In this document: positions 16,829 to 33,817 of the stretch, piece after piece
How the letters are laid out: each line of letters begins with the position of its first letter
Numbering within the stretch: the stretch's first letter is position 1
Assembly: GCA_012295275.1 (NCBI GenBank)
Contig: CM022673.1
Location: 9,548,001-9,612,000 of the forward strand
DNA length: 64,000 nt
Direction of reading: 5' to 3'
Source: Chrysomallon squamiferum
Lineage: Eukaryota > Animalia > Mollusca
Translations under genes and position numbers: made by a program
Notes under the pieces: generated by a model
Told to the model about the DNA's origin: nothing
The model's input: the letters and a program-made list of their open reading frames with translations, nothing else
Database searches by the model: none

Positions 16829-17247
16829 TATTTCATTTTTAATACATAAAAAAACAGCCATTTGTAAAAAAAATATAAAGAACAGCACATTTTGATTTTT
16901 TCAGTTATTACATAATTGATTAAACAAAGTTAAAAAATCAGGATTTTTACTTTAAAGAGTAGTGCATGATGTTCAAAATTTTATTTTCGCAATTATTATA
17001 CATTATTAACAGGTATATGTATTTCCTCATGGAGGATACACATCACATAAAACCATTTTGATTTACTGACCTCATAAAAATGTTACACAATAGCAAACAC
17101 AAAGAAATAGTATGCTGGATGAAACTGGAAATAATTAATGACCATATATTGGACAATTTGGTGAAAAAAAAGAAAAAGAAAGTAAATCTGAACTTCTCTT
17201 CTTAATGTCCAAAAATGTCATTTGAATTAAAATTTTTGAAAGTGTGT

Positions 17248-17278
<31 letters not shown>

Positions 17279-17998
17279 ACCAGTTTTATAATGTTGAAGT
17301 ATTAAATACAAAATATTTATTAAAATAATTTTCAGGATTTGAGTTTTTAAAATCTATTTTATTTAAAAATATGGTTCAATCATTTAATTTTTTCTCTTAA
17401 TTTTTAACTTCTTTATTTGTAAAGTTATTATTAGATAATGTATTTTAGTTTTTCAGTTATTATTTATTTTTACCATCATATTAAATCTTTGTGCAGTTTT
17501 GTGATGTACATAACATGATATATTATCACTGGTCACCCAATACAAGGTGAGATTTTGAAAAAGCAGAAACCTTTGACAGTTGTCTGCAAACATTTTGTGG
17601 ATCTCATTTGAAATCTACCTAGTCACAATGGATCAAATACTCTTTAAAGATTGAGTAAACTAACTAACATTTAAAAACAAGCACAAAAACGATCATGCAA
17701 GACTTTATTATTTCCATTTTTTGTAAATAATAATAATAATAATAACAATAACAGCAGCAACAACAATAATTTTAGTAGTAATAATATATAAATGAAATAT
17801 AAAGAAGATAACAATAAAATTTCACATAAAAACTGATAAAAAGTTTGTACTGGACCACAAAATACTATTAAAATAATGACAATTCAAATAAAGCTAGCTT
17901 TATAAGCACTGGAAGGACTTACCACTGGAAGGACTGACTATCTGTGATCAAATGCTAGACAATCTAAACTATTATAAATTACAATAAATCACAAAGTC

Positions 17999-19617
17999 TT
18001 ACGGTAATTCCATTGCCTCACTCAAATGATATCCATGCTGTTGTTGTTGTTGTTGCAGCTGCATTTGTTGACTGTAGTTACGAAAAACCTCTGAAGGCAT
18101 TTTACACAATGTTGGTTCTATCAAATCTACACTGTCTAAAACATCAACAAACTGGTCACTGTGAAAGTGATTGGCATTTTCGTCTGGCAGCAAATAATTC
18201 TGAGAAATGTCCATGGAAATGTTTTGTTCCGTTGCTTTACATTTTTGAGGTGTCTTGATGCTTCGAGATTTCTTCAGGTGATTCCAGATTTTTGCCTTTT
18301 CACCCCATTTGTATTGCAGACGTCCATGAACTCGTTCCAAAACACCGGTTTTGTAATAATACCTGAAAAGATGCAGAAAAATAATAAAAGAATTCAAAGA
18401 ATTACAAAATAATGCATAGATTAACTGGTTTTTGTAACAAGTAAACATTCACATGTCCTTTTTTTTTGGTCAAATCTTGGCTCTTTCCAATATAACTCTC
18501 TCTTTCTTTCTTTCCTTTTTTTTTTTTTCTCCCTCCTTCCCTCTTTCCACTCTCTGTCTGTCTCTGTGTCTCTCTCTCTTTCTTTCTCTCTATCTACTCA
18601 TTTATCTCTATTTCCTTAACTCTCTCTTTTTTCTCACTCTCTGATAATAATAAAAAATAACAATAACAACAACAATAACAATGATGACATTAAAAAGTAA
18701 TCTGTAACTAGTTTATTTGATCAATAATGAGATTAATTCGTCAGAGAGTCCTATGATTTTTTAGAAGTAAATTATGAGACAGTGTTTTACCTAAGCCCAC
18801 GACTAAGTTTCTCGTAGTTCATTCCTTCATTGTTTTTGATGCGGCCCCAAAGCACTGCAACGTGTTTAGGGCTGACAATCTCAAACTCGCCCCTCATTCG
18901 ATGCACCCACCTAACTAGGAGTGGATTTGCTTCTTTGTGTTCAAGCAACTTGAAAATGAAGTTCCAAAGTCGAGGTTGTCCTTTTTCATCTGAATAATAA
19001 ATATATATATATATATATATTTATATAAATTATGTGTTGATTATGCATTTATCAATAATGCAGGTGTGTATAAATAAATATAATTATTTTGATGCTTATA
19101 TATAACTTAAGAAATAAGATAAAACAAATAAATAAGAAATATTTGAATTACTGATATTAAGTGCAACGGTAACAATAAAGAGGGATTCAAAACAATACAG
19201 AAAAACAGTATATATCAACACATTAGAAATCATGTGACTAATGGCCTCAGTATGGATGTCCATCAAAGTTCAGCTGATTTTTGATTGGCTAATCAACTCC
19301 CCGCCCACCAGTAAATGAAGACATAAAATACCCTAACAGATTCCTGAAGAAATGGTACAATCCAGGAAAGAGGTATTGTGACATATATATTACAGGAGAA
19401 ATTTAACTGTAAATAGGTTTAGAGGTCAGAGGAAATTTTTAATTCAGTGGGATGAATCAAATACGAAAAGCTGTGACCAGTGTGTGGATGTATTTGTGTG
19501 TTTGTGTGTGGGCATGTTTTTGTGTGTGTTAGTGTATATGTATTTGTGTCGTGTGTGTGTTGTGTGTTAGTGTTTGTGTCGTGTGTATATGTGTTAGTGT
19601 ATGTGTGTGTATATGCA

Positions 19618-19698
<81 letters not shown>

Positions 19699-20781
19699 GT
19701 TATTATTATTACTATTTTACAGTTTTTGACAAAAGTGTGAGATAAATACCTTCAGTATTTGATGGATCCTGAAGATCTGTGTCACTAATGACATCACCAG
19801 GGTAATTAGTCACACTGTCATCACCTGTGTCACAAGACAGACTAGCTTCATGCATGATCCTCTGTATAAATGCATCCTGTTCTGCGATTCTTTGTTGCAT
19901 TGCAGGTGATGATTGGTCAATATTCATTTCTATAACAAAAATAACATAGTAATAAAGGAAAGAAGAAAAAAAATATTTAAAAAAAAAAGAAAAAAAGACA
20001 GATAAATATTTGAATGTAAATACTTATTTAAATAAATTTTTTGAAAATTTGTGCTATATGCTGTGAACAGTAAAAAAAAAAAAAAGTTAAATGTTTAAAA
20101 AAAAATTATTATTAAAAATCTAAATATCTTGATGTATCTTCTTTCTTCTTTTTCATTCTTATTTATGTACTATTCTTATTTTTAATATTTAAATCTTTTT
20201 TTTAGTTTTTTAAGTCTAATATTCAGGACAGTTTAAAATGGGTGTAAAAATGTTTTTGTTTTGTTCTGAACACATAATGTACATTAAAACATGTCTCAGT
20301 CTTTTGAACATTAAGGTCAATTTAAAAATGCCTCGAAGGAACTTTTAACAAATGGAAAAAATAAAATGAAAACACTTAATACACATCTTGCTTGACTGAA
20401 TATTTAAGTTAACTTAAACCAGACCTTTAGAAATGATTTTTATTCTGAATTAAAGAAAAACTTACTTTCTTTAATCAATGCTCTCACATCATTCTCATGA
20501 CAGGGAGTTGTAGTACATGTTGAATTTTTGCACATCGATTTCTTCCTAGGTTTCTGGAGCACCTCAGAACTCTCTTCGTGGATTGGTGTATTAGAACAAT
20601 CACTGACAAGGTCCGATAAATTAGGAATGTTTGGAACAAATGACTGTATTTGATCTAAACGTAAATGAATAGAAAATCCATAATGAAAGAGGAGTTTCAT
20701 AAAAGAAATGAATTTTATAAAGATGAATGGGTGATGTGTTTAAAAGTGTTATTTTATCTGTTATAAATAATTATTGAAAAA

Positions 20782-20820
<39 letters not shown>

Positions 20821-21774
20821 AACCCCAAATCTATATGTAAATTATATTCTCTACTGTATATTAGTAATAGTAGTAGTAGAAATAATAAGTACTATAAGTA
20901 CATTACTTCTTGTTGTTCTAATAATAATAGTAGTAGCTGTTATGGCAGTATAAATGTAGTTGTTACTGTTGTTGTTGGAACAACAGTAGTAGTTGTATTG
21001 GATGTTGCTGCAGCAGTAACTTACTTTGCTGAGAAATTATCTTGTTCTGTGGCTACACTTTCAGTCTTCTCTTTTTCGGATAGGGTTATGTTATACAGCA
21101 TTGTCATGTACATCAGCTCTGAAATGGCTTTTTCTGTTAAAAATATAAAATAAATTACAGAAGCTATTTTCACACCAAAAATTAAATAAAATGATTGCTT
21201 AATGACATCCAAGATATTTTATAATTAATGAATATTATATAATGTCCTGTCATACAATTTTTGATAGTTTAAATTAAAATATTAGAGAGGAAACCCAGAG
21301 CACAGAAACCTCTGTTATTGATTAGCAGCAAGAAATCTTTGATATAAACACACCCATAGATGGGAAAACATAATCTTTGATAAGCATATTATAAGAGTTT
21401 GGAATGGGAAATAATACTGTGTATGACTGAGGTAACAGATTCCAGCCAAAACACTATAAAATATCAAATTATTATCCACTAGACTTTTGGTTACACATCA
21501 TCCTAAACTACGAATGGTTCTTGTAACCATGGTGATAAAATAAGATTAAAACAACTGAAATTATTATTGGGCATAAACAGAACTATGAGAACCTAAACTG
21601 TATATAACTGGTCTAGCTTACTTCCAAAATGTGACAATTTTGTTTAATAAACTAATATAATAGACTTAAAATATGAAGCGATTGGCACCTACCTCTTATT
21701 TCTGACAAGTTTGCTTTGTTGGATATGAAAAAATTGTCAGCAGGATCGCTGTTATAATGCAGTACAGCTTCCAT
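17999..21774 (-). CDS. ETS-domain transcription factor, ESE/ELF (EHF/ELF5/ELF3-like) class, 337 aa; coding exons 21774-21693, 20654-20466, 19929-19750, 18989-18791, 18362-17999; non-coding exon ends at 22209
   Basis: ETS domain PRLWNFIFKLL...LVRWVHRMRGEFEIVSPKHVAVLWGRIKNNEGMNYEKLSRGLRYYYKTGVLERVHGRLQYKWG. The YYYKTGxLERV segment is ELF5/EHF-like. Phases are consistent and total 1014 nt. Confidence 0.92.
21283..21413 (-). mobile_element. Degenerate SINE copy in an ETS gene intron
   Basis: Plus strand reads AGAGAGGAAACCC...GATTAGCAGCAAGAAATCTTT...CTTTGATA...GGAATGGGAAATA, the reverse complement of the same core. Confidence 0.55.
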
Positions 21775-22239
21775 ACATTCTGTAAGAAAATAAACATTAA
21801 TAACTAGTGAAATATATATATATATATATATACTCACACACACGCACACACACAAACACACATAATTAAAACAGAAGAATACAAATAATTATTAAATTAT
21901 AATATTAATATATATTTATTAACTTTGAATTCGTAATTTTTATTTTAAATATGAAGACGCCCATTTCATTACACAAATTATTATTATTATTTTTTTAGTA
22001 TTATTGTATTAATATATGATTTAAAATAATAAACAGAACAAATTTACCAATAGTAATAAAACTAAATTAACAATTTTGATTATTTTATATATCTACAGAC
22101 TTTGTTATTTTATTTGCAATATTATATTAAATGTAATAATTATTTTAAACTAAGTTTGGCTATTTGCAGTGGAAAACAAAATATTGTTGTTATTTTGATT
22201 ATACTCACCAAATGTTGTGTCCACTCCGAGGTCTTGTAT

Positions 22240-22615
22240 AATTAAAACCTCGGAGCGGCGTTCGCTCTACCTTTATGCTACTTTTTACATTTTTCCAATT
22301 GATATAAAATTAGATCACATTACAGTTTAGGAAGTCACGTCAGAAAGCTTTTAACCAATAATCATTCGCGGATTGTGTATGTTCTATATTAAACCACGTG
22401 ACCACAGTCCTTGAATTCATTGAGTCATACAAATAATACTATTGTGGTCTATTTATAGAATGCACTCGTTTTTAGGTCGCAGATTTGCTTGCTGATTGGG
22501 TAATGTTATCCAATGAAAAGTTTTACATTTTACAATTCTCCAGAAACCGTGTCGAAATAGCAGGTTAGTCACTCAGTTGTAGATTCGTGCAATTACCTCG
22601 TTTTATTGGCCAAAA
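22240..22615 (-). promoter_or_regulatory. Motif-dense promoter of the ETS gene
   Basis: GGAAGT 22330, ATF/CRE-like GTCACGTCA 22334, CCAAT boxes 22355/22495/22605, E-box CCACGTGACC 22394, AP-1 TGAGTCA 22421 and TTAGTCA 22565, all upstream of a GTGAGT donor at 22208. Confidence 0.65.
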
Positions 22616-24048
22616 TAAAGAAAAATAATGTTAGACGAGCACCACCGTTTTATTTTTAACTGTTAGATGTAAAACCTAAACTATTATAATTTTTGTAAGG
22701 TAAGATGACACAGAGAGTAAGTTATACGGGGTTTTCTTGATATTTGTAAAAGTATTTATTTATTCATTGGCTTTATTATAGTTTCCACCTTTGTTTGTTA
22801 TGTCTGTTTATTTGCAATACGATACGAAATCGAAAATATCAAGTAATGCACGACCATTCACAAACACACACACATACACACACAGACAAATACACACACA
22901 TACACGCACACATACACACAATCCAAATAATAATTTAAAAATAAAAAGAAAGAAAGAAAGAAAGAAAAAGGAATTCGAGATGAAACTGAAAAGTGACAAA
23001 GAAAACACAAGTGAAACAGGTCAGTTAAATAAAATATGCTACAAAATATTTATATGATCACAACAACAACAACAATAACAACAACAACAATAGTAATAAT
23101 AATAATTTAATTAATCCAAAATAAACTCAATTAAATGATGATGCTGAAAGAAAGCAAAATCCATAGAAAAGTAATGTTTTTTTTATATATTATTTGTCCA
23201 TCTGAACATATTACATATTTGAGTCTTTATCTATGTGTGTATGTGTGTGTGCGTGTCGTCTATCTGTGCGCGCGCATGTTGTGTGTGAATTATTATTTAG
23301 TAATTACTGAAATAGAGTAAATACATCTTATAATATTTTAATTAATCAATGAATGTTTTTTTTTTTTTTTTTTTTTTTCTTAATGACAGAAAAATCCGTT
23401 CGATCGAGTTGAGAATGATTTAAATAGTGTGTATGGATTTTGTTTTAATAAATAACTGAGAAAAAGAGAACAGAAAGAAAGAGAGATGGAAGTAGAGGGA
23501 GAGAGAGAGGGATGAAAGAGAGAGAGAGAGAGGTGGAGGGAGGGAAACAGCGAAGGTGTGTGTGTGTGCGCGGATGTCTTCTCTGTGTGTATTTTTATTT
23601 ATGAATTAATACCTTAGGATATAAATGAACGTCTTTTTTTTTTTCTTTTTTTTTTTTTTTTTTATTTATATTTTTTCCTTTTTTTTTTTAAATTATTATA
23701 ATTCTTTTTTTTTTTTTTTTTTTTTCCGCTTATTTACCTACATATCGAAACAACAACAGCAACAACAACTACAAAATAATAATAATAATAATATTTTAAA
23801 ACAGACGGAAGATAAAAAAAGACAAAAGAAAACAAAAGAAGAAAAAGAAGAAGCAATGTATTAACAGTTTCATTGAGTGGAATGACAACAAAAGTGAAAG
23901 AAGACAAAAGAAGTTGTAATAATTCTTGTAGTTATTGAATAAATAAATAAATAAATAAATAAATAAATATGACACATTAAAATTTGAAGTAAAACTTTTG
24001 TTTATCTGATAGAGTGAGATATCTACTGCTAGCTAATTAATTGGGTCA

Positions 24049-24102
24049 TTACGTCATATGCAAATGTTGACGTCAATGGTCTTTCAAACTGTTGTCTTCC
24101 GG
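24049..24102 (+). promoter_or_regulatory. CRE-octamer-CRE cluster upstream of secreted gene A
   Basis: TTACGTCAT 24049-57, ATGCAAAT 24058-65 and TGACGTCA 24068-75 are nearly contiguous. TATAAATA at ~24396. Confidence 0.6.
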
Positions 24103-24611
24103 AGCTAGCATGTACATTTTTAACTTTATTTCAGGTTTCGCCGTAGCAGCTGCAAACCACAGTAATGTTGAACATGCTAATTTAGTAGCCACTCGAAAGA
24201 TACCAAATCTTCAGAATGCAGAAATATCTCCGGTCTTGTCTGCGTATTTTATGGTATACCTATTTAAACACGTAATTTAGCCTTTGTCAAATATTTTCAA
24301 AATTTATATCAGTTTTAATTTGTAGTTTATATAGTTCTGTGCTACATTACTGGTTACAATTATGCAGTGAATTAGCCAATAAGGTGCATTACTTTTATAA
24401 ATATAATTTCATTAGCAAAGTCTGACATTAGGTCGTTGTTATAATGGTTTAATGAGGTGTGATGAATGTATTCTGTGTCTACCCTGAGCTGCTTCCCGTT
24501 CCAGCCGGTGCTTTGATGATTGTTTTTGATGGATGATATTATCACAAACAGTCGGATTTTATCAATATAACTTTAAAATCGTAAAGAATTTTTTTTTTTT
24601 GTAATAATAAC

Positions 24612-24692
<81 letters not shown>

Positions 24693-24760
24693 ATATATAT
24701 ATATATATATATATGTGACAGTATGTGTATATTTATTTATATTAAGACTGATCAGCTGGG

Positions 24761-29630
<4,870 letters not shown>

Positions 29631-30475
29631 TCAGATATATACGGGAGAAGATTGTCAAAGCTAACAGAATTACAAATATGCAGAAGACAACACAATCTAA
29701 CGAATTTTTTTTTTTAAGAAAAAGAAAAACGATATTAGAAAAAGAAAGAAAGAAAGAATAAGAAAAAATAACTAAAATAATGAAGCAACCAGTATTAACA
29801 GAATGTGTTGCCTTTATACCACTACTTTACCAGACTTGATGCTTTTACAATTATTATTTCGAATGCTTTTCACACTTTCTTTCTCGTCTCTCTCACGTAT
29901 CTTTTTAAAGGTTTATATATATATATATACATATATTTATTTATTTATGTATACTTATTTACAGAAAATTTTGACGATATTTTATGAGATATATTGTTAC
30001 TGATAATACTGAATTTATTATATTTTAATATTATAAATTCATTAAGGTGTGTGTGTGTGGGGGAGATAGACTTGCTTTTTGCCAATGACAGTTGAAAATA
30101 TAAGATCAAAAAGCAGATGTTTACACGCAAAGGCAAAGAGACACTGGTCAATTTTTTGACGATTCTGGTAAAAATCTCAGAAAATGAAAGGTCGCGTTGT
30201 AATTCTCTCGTCCCAAATATCAGCAACAAAAATGATCGCGCTGTGCCAGTTCCTATTTTAGTCCATCCATGTAAATGATCCAGAGGAGATTTTCTTTTAT
30301 TCTATCTTCTTATCATTAGTATTATTATTATTATTTATTTTATTTTTTTTTTTTTTTTCCTTTGTAATTTTCTTTCATTTCAGAAAATTATATTTTAAAA
30401 CTGAGAAACTGAAAAAGATGTTTAGGTTATTAACATGAATGCCTTCGGTCAGCTCTTCAGATCTCTCTCCCAAAC

Positions 30476-30506
<31 letters not shown>

Positions 30507-31689
30507 AAGAAGAAGAAGAAGAAAGATGCGGTATAGTAAAAAAAAAAAAATCAAGTGGTACTTAACATTATTATTCATGGATCAGCGTTGGTTTGCGCCT
30601 CTATTACACACATTAACGGACGACTGCGCGTCTTGAAAGAAGTGTCAGATATTGAGGTCGTGGTGATATTAATTGAATTTAACATAGCAGTCTTGACATT
30701 TGACTTGACTCTATGTTTATGAAACGCCGTGGTCCGTTTTAATATAAAAATGACACCCACAGTTGGTCAGTAACCATACTAGTTAACAACGAAATCCCCA
30801 AAGTGTCGTCTGCACTAGCTGCTGGGCCTGACTACCCTAGAGGTTTCGACCATTACTGCAAAGAAAGCCAGACTTGTCTGTCTGTTTTGGTTATGCAGAG
30901 ACAGACTCCACTCTGAGCGATGAACAACTGAGCGTTCACTTGTTTAACGTTTGACAATTTAAGCGATAGTTTCGAGCGTTTTGCTTTGTATGGACGTTCT
31001 TCATAGAACAGTGTCAACGACAAGCACTCAGATTGCGCCCCTCTGCAAACATCTAAAACCAATACATAGACGTACAATAATAGAAACTGCTATGTAGCGC
31101 CCAGGTCACGTGCCATACCTGCCGTACCTTAGATACGCAATTGTTTATACGTAACCAGTACTTCCACCTAAATACCATTATATAGTCCATTCGAAATCTC
31201 TCGTTGGTTCAAAATGTCTGACGTAAATTCATCGACCCATACGATAATGGAAAAACATGCTAAAATTGGAACTGGTATAAGAACGTGATTACTAACAGCG
31301 CCATTGTGAGTAAGTGGAAAATTATCAAGGTTAAATATAGATTCTCTCATTAAATTATAGCGTAAAGAATTCCTGGTTTAATCATCCAAGATAATAAAGT
31401 AAGGGTAATCGGAAAGAATGGTAAAATATTCAGCATTTTTTGCATTTTACATATTTTAAGGGAATAATCGTAAGGGAAATTGTATAACATAACGTTTCTT
31501 CTTTTTCATTCAAGATTCTGTGTAACTATGTCACTGCTTTATTAAAAGCCTGAGAGAGAAAAATGTAATTGTAATTTCAAACTTTTATATATTTATAATA
31601 AACTTGTGAACTATGCAATAAAAGTGATAATTTTTTACAGATATTTCACACTGATATTTTTATTTATTTATTTATTTTTAAACATAATG

Positions 31690-31874
31690 AATTCAGAGGT
31701 TAACTCGTTCTCGGCTTGGCCTTGAATTATTTCCCATTTCTGCCATCTAAATACAGGTACCGAGCCATTTAACTGGATATACACTGGCTACTTTTGAATC
31801 CAAAAGTCCGGATCACCTGCAGTCCCAAGCTTCCAGCGTAAATAGTTCTGTACCTGTGCACAAAAAAAAATAAA

Positions 31875-31909
<35 letters not shown>

Positions 31910-32308
31910 AAAACGAAATGGTTTAAAAGAACATTTATCCACTGATTTTTTTGAATTTCATATTTAATAATATTAAAAATTTTAACAGGATGAGATAAAA
32001 TGTTATGAATATTTTTTTTTACCTCAGTCTATTAATCTAAAGTTACAGGAAACCGAGTGTTTCTGATACAGCGGTCGTGTAGGGAGTGATAGGATGCAAG
32101 TTCTATCCTTCTTGCTGCGCCTTTGGAGCTAACTTCAGATAAAGCTAATGCAATGTTACTGGATATATAAAGTCTTGGATAATACCTTAACTCTATGTTG
32201 AAATGAATTATAAATGATGATTTGTTACTAAATATTAAGAACAGTGTTTTGTTTAATGACGATAGGTTTTCTATTATGTAACAAAAAAAAAAAAAAAAAA
32301 ATTATAAA

Positions 32309-32374
<66 letters not shown>

Positions 32375-32387
32375 TAAATAAACAAAA

Positions 32388-32419
<32 letters not shown>

Positions 32420-33060
32420 TAATAAATAAATAAACAGTGAGTACAAATTACCAAAACGATACGAAAAAAAAAAATTTTACTATGAAGTTTTTAATTATAA
32501 TCTTATAAGGTAATATAGTCAAGCAATGATTTAAAGCGTTATAAATTCATTTCTATTAATAACTGAATTTTCGTTTATTATGTAGATATTTTAGATTAAT
32601 AATAAATAATTCCTTAATTCGAAAGCTTTAATCGCTCTAATAGTATAAAGCTAAATTTCTTAATACCCCATCATTTTCGCGAAATAAACAAATTCAAAAA
32701 CATAACTCCCTGTTATCGAATATATTTTACGGCATGCAGAAAATTACATTCTTTATCACTACGAATTTACAACTCACAAAAGGTTGATAGTAGGGTCAGT
32801 CTTGTTCTGTGCTGTGATTGGTCCATTTTCTAGTTCAGCCCGTGCACCTCGACAGATTCATCCTAACTTATGTTATTTTTATTTCATTTATAAACGAATG
32901 TGTATATTAGTAAATAAAAGACTTCTTGCTACTCTCACTTTGGCAGCGGTTGTGTCTTTTATACGTAATTAAACATAAACTGTATTCATTGTAGCAAAAA
33001 TAAAATCTTACAACTTCAAGCCCGACGAAGTTATCTCCTCTTGTGTATTTACGCCATTTA
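31690..33060 (-). ncRNA. Possible spliced non-coding or decayed transcript; candidate exons ~33060-33012, ~32880-32778, 32192-32023, 31853 leftward
   Basis: Islands of complex, CpG-containing sequence bounded by minus-strand donors (GTAAGA, GTGAGT, GAG|GTAAAA) and acceptors (caacatag, poly-T-gtgcacag). All joined frames I tried hit stops. Confidence 0.3.
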
Positions 33061-33117
33061 ATCGTAATAATAATATTTATTTATTTATTTTACCTATTTT
33101 TCTGTCTACATGTATAA

Positions 33118-33164
<47 letters not shown>

Positions 33165-33667
33165 CTACATATTTACTCTGAAATTTACTTCAGATAAATT
33201 AGGAATTAGTTTCAATATAGTGTATATTTGCGAAACAAAGAATTAATAATAATAAATAATAAGGCCAAATTTAATTCTGTTTTAATAAATTTCATCTTGA
33301 GTACAAAAAATATTAAAGAAATTTGTAAAAATAATAATAATAAGAGGTCACTCAGTAATAACTGAACAGTGCACTAACTATAAACCGCCCATATTTCCAA
33401 ATATACTGCTAGATGCTTAGATTAAACAGAAATTAAACGTCTGAATAAAATACATTATTATGATTTATATAAATTTATTAATAAACGCTAAATCAATAAA
33501 ATCAAAATATTAATTTTTAAAATATTAAATGTAAATATATGAATTTCAAAATATTAACTTTAAAAATATTAAATGTAAATTAATGAATTATTAATTACCG
33601 GTTCTAGTTTTACCCGGTATAACCTTACGGACAGTAAGTGTCCGGAAAATCGATCGTGTGTATCTGT

Positions 33668-33713
33668 ATTTGCATTTCCTAGGAAAATTGACGTAATAAA
33701 AACTTTACGTCAT
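33668..33713 (+). promoter_or_regulatory. Octamer, STAT/BCL6-like and double CRE-like cluster upstream of secreted gene B
   Basis: ATTTGCAT 33668-75, TTCCTAGGAA 33676-85, TGACGTAA 33689-96 and TTACGTCAT 33705-13, about 105 bp before the ATG. Confidence 0.6.
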
Positions 33714-33817
33714 AATCATTTTGTATGGTAATACAGCAACAAGAAAGTATTTCTCTCTTCATAAGTTCATTCGATATAAGTCGATAACCAAATTTTCCGA
33801 TTTGAAAAAAGGGTGAA

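Noticed and set aside
30820-30860. GAAA-containing hairpin as a hammerhead ribozyme
   Set aside because: No CTGANGA core in the required position.
32898-33063. Signal-peptide-like MCILVNKRLLATLTLAAVVSFI as the first exon of gene B
   Set aside because: It needs a 30-nt intron and ends in the wrong phase. Exon 33818-33907 fits exactly.
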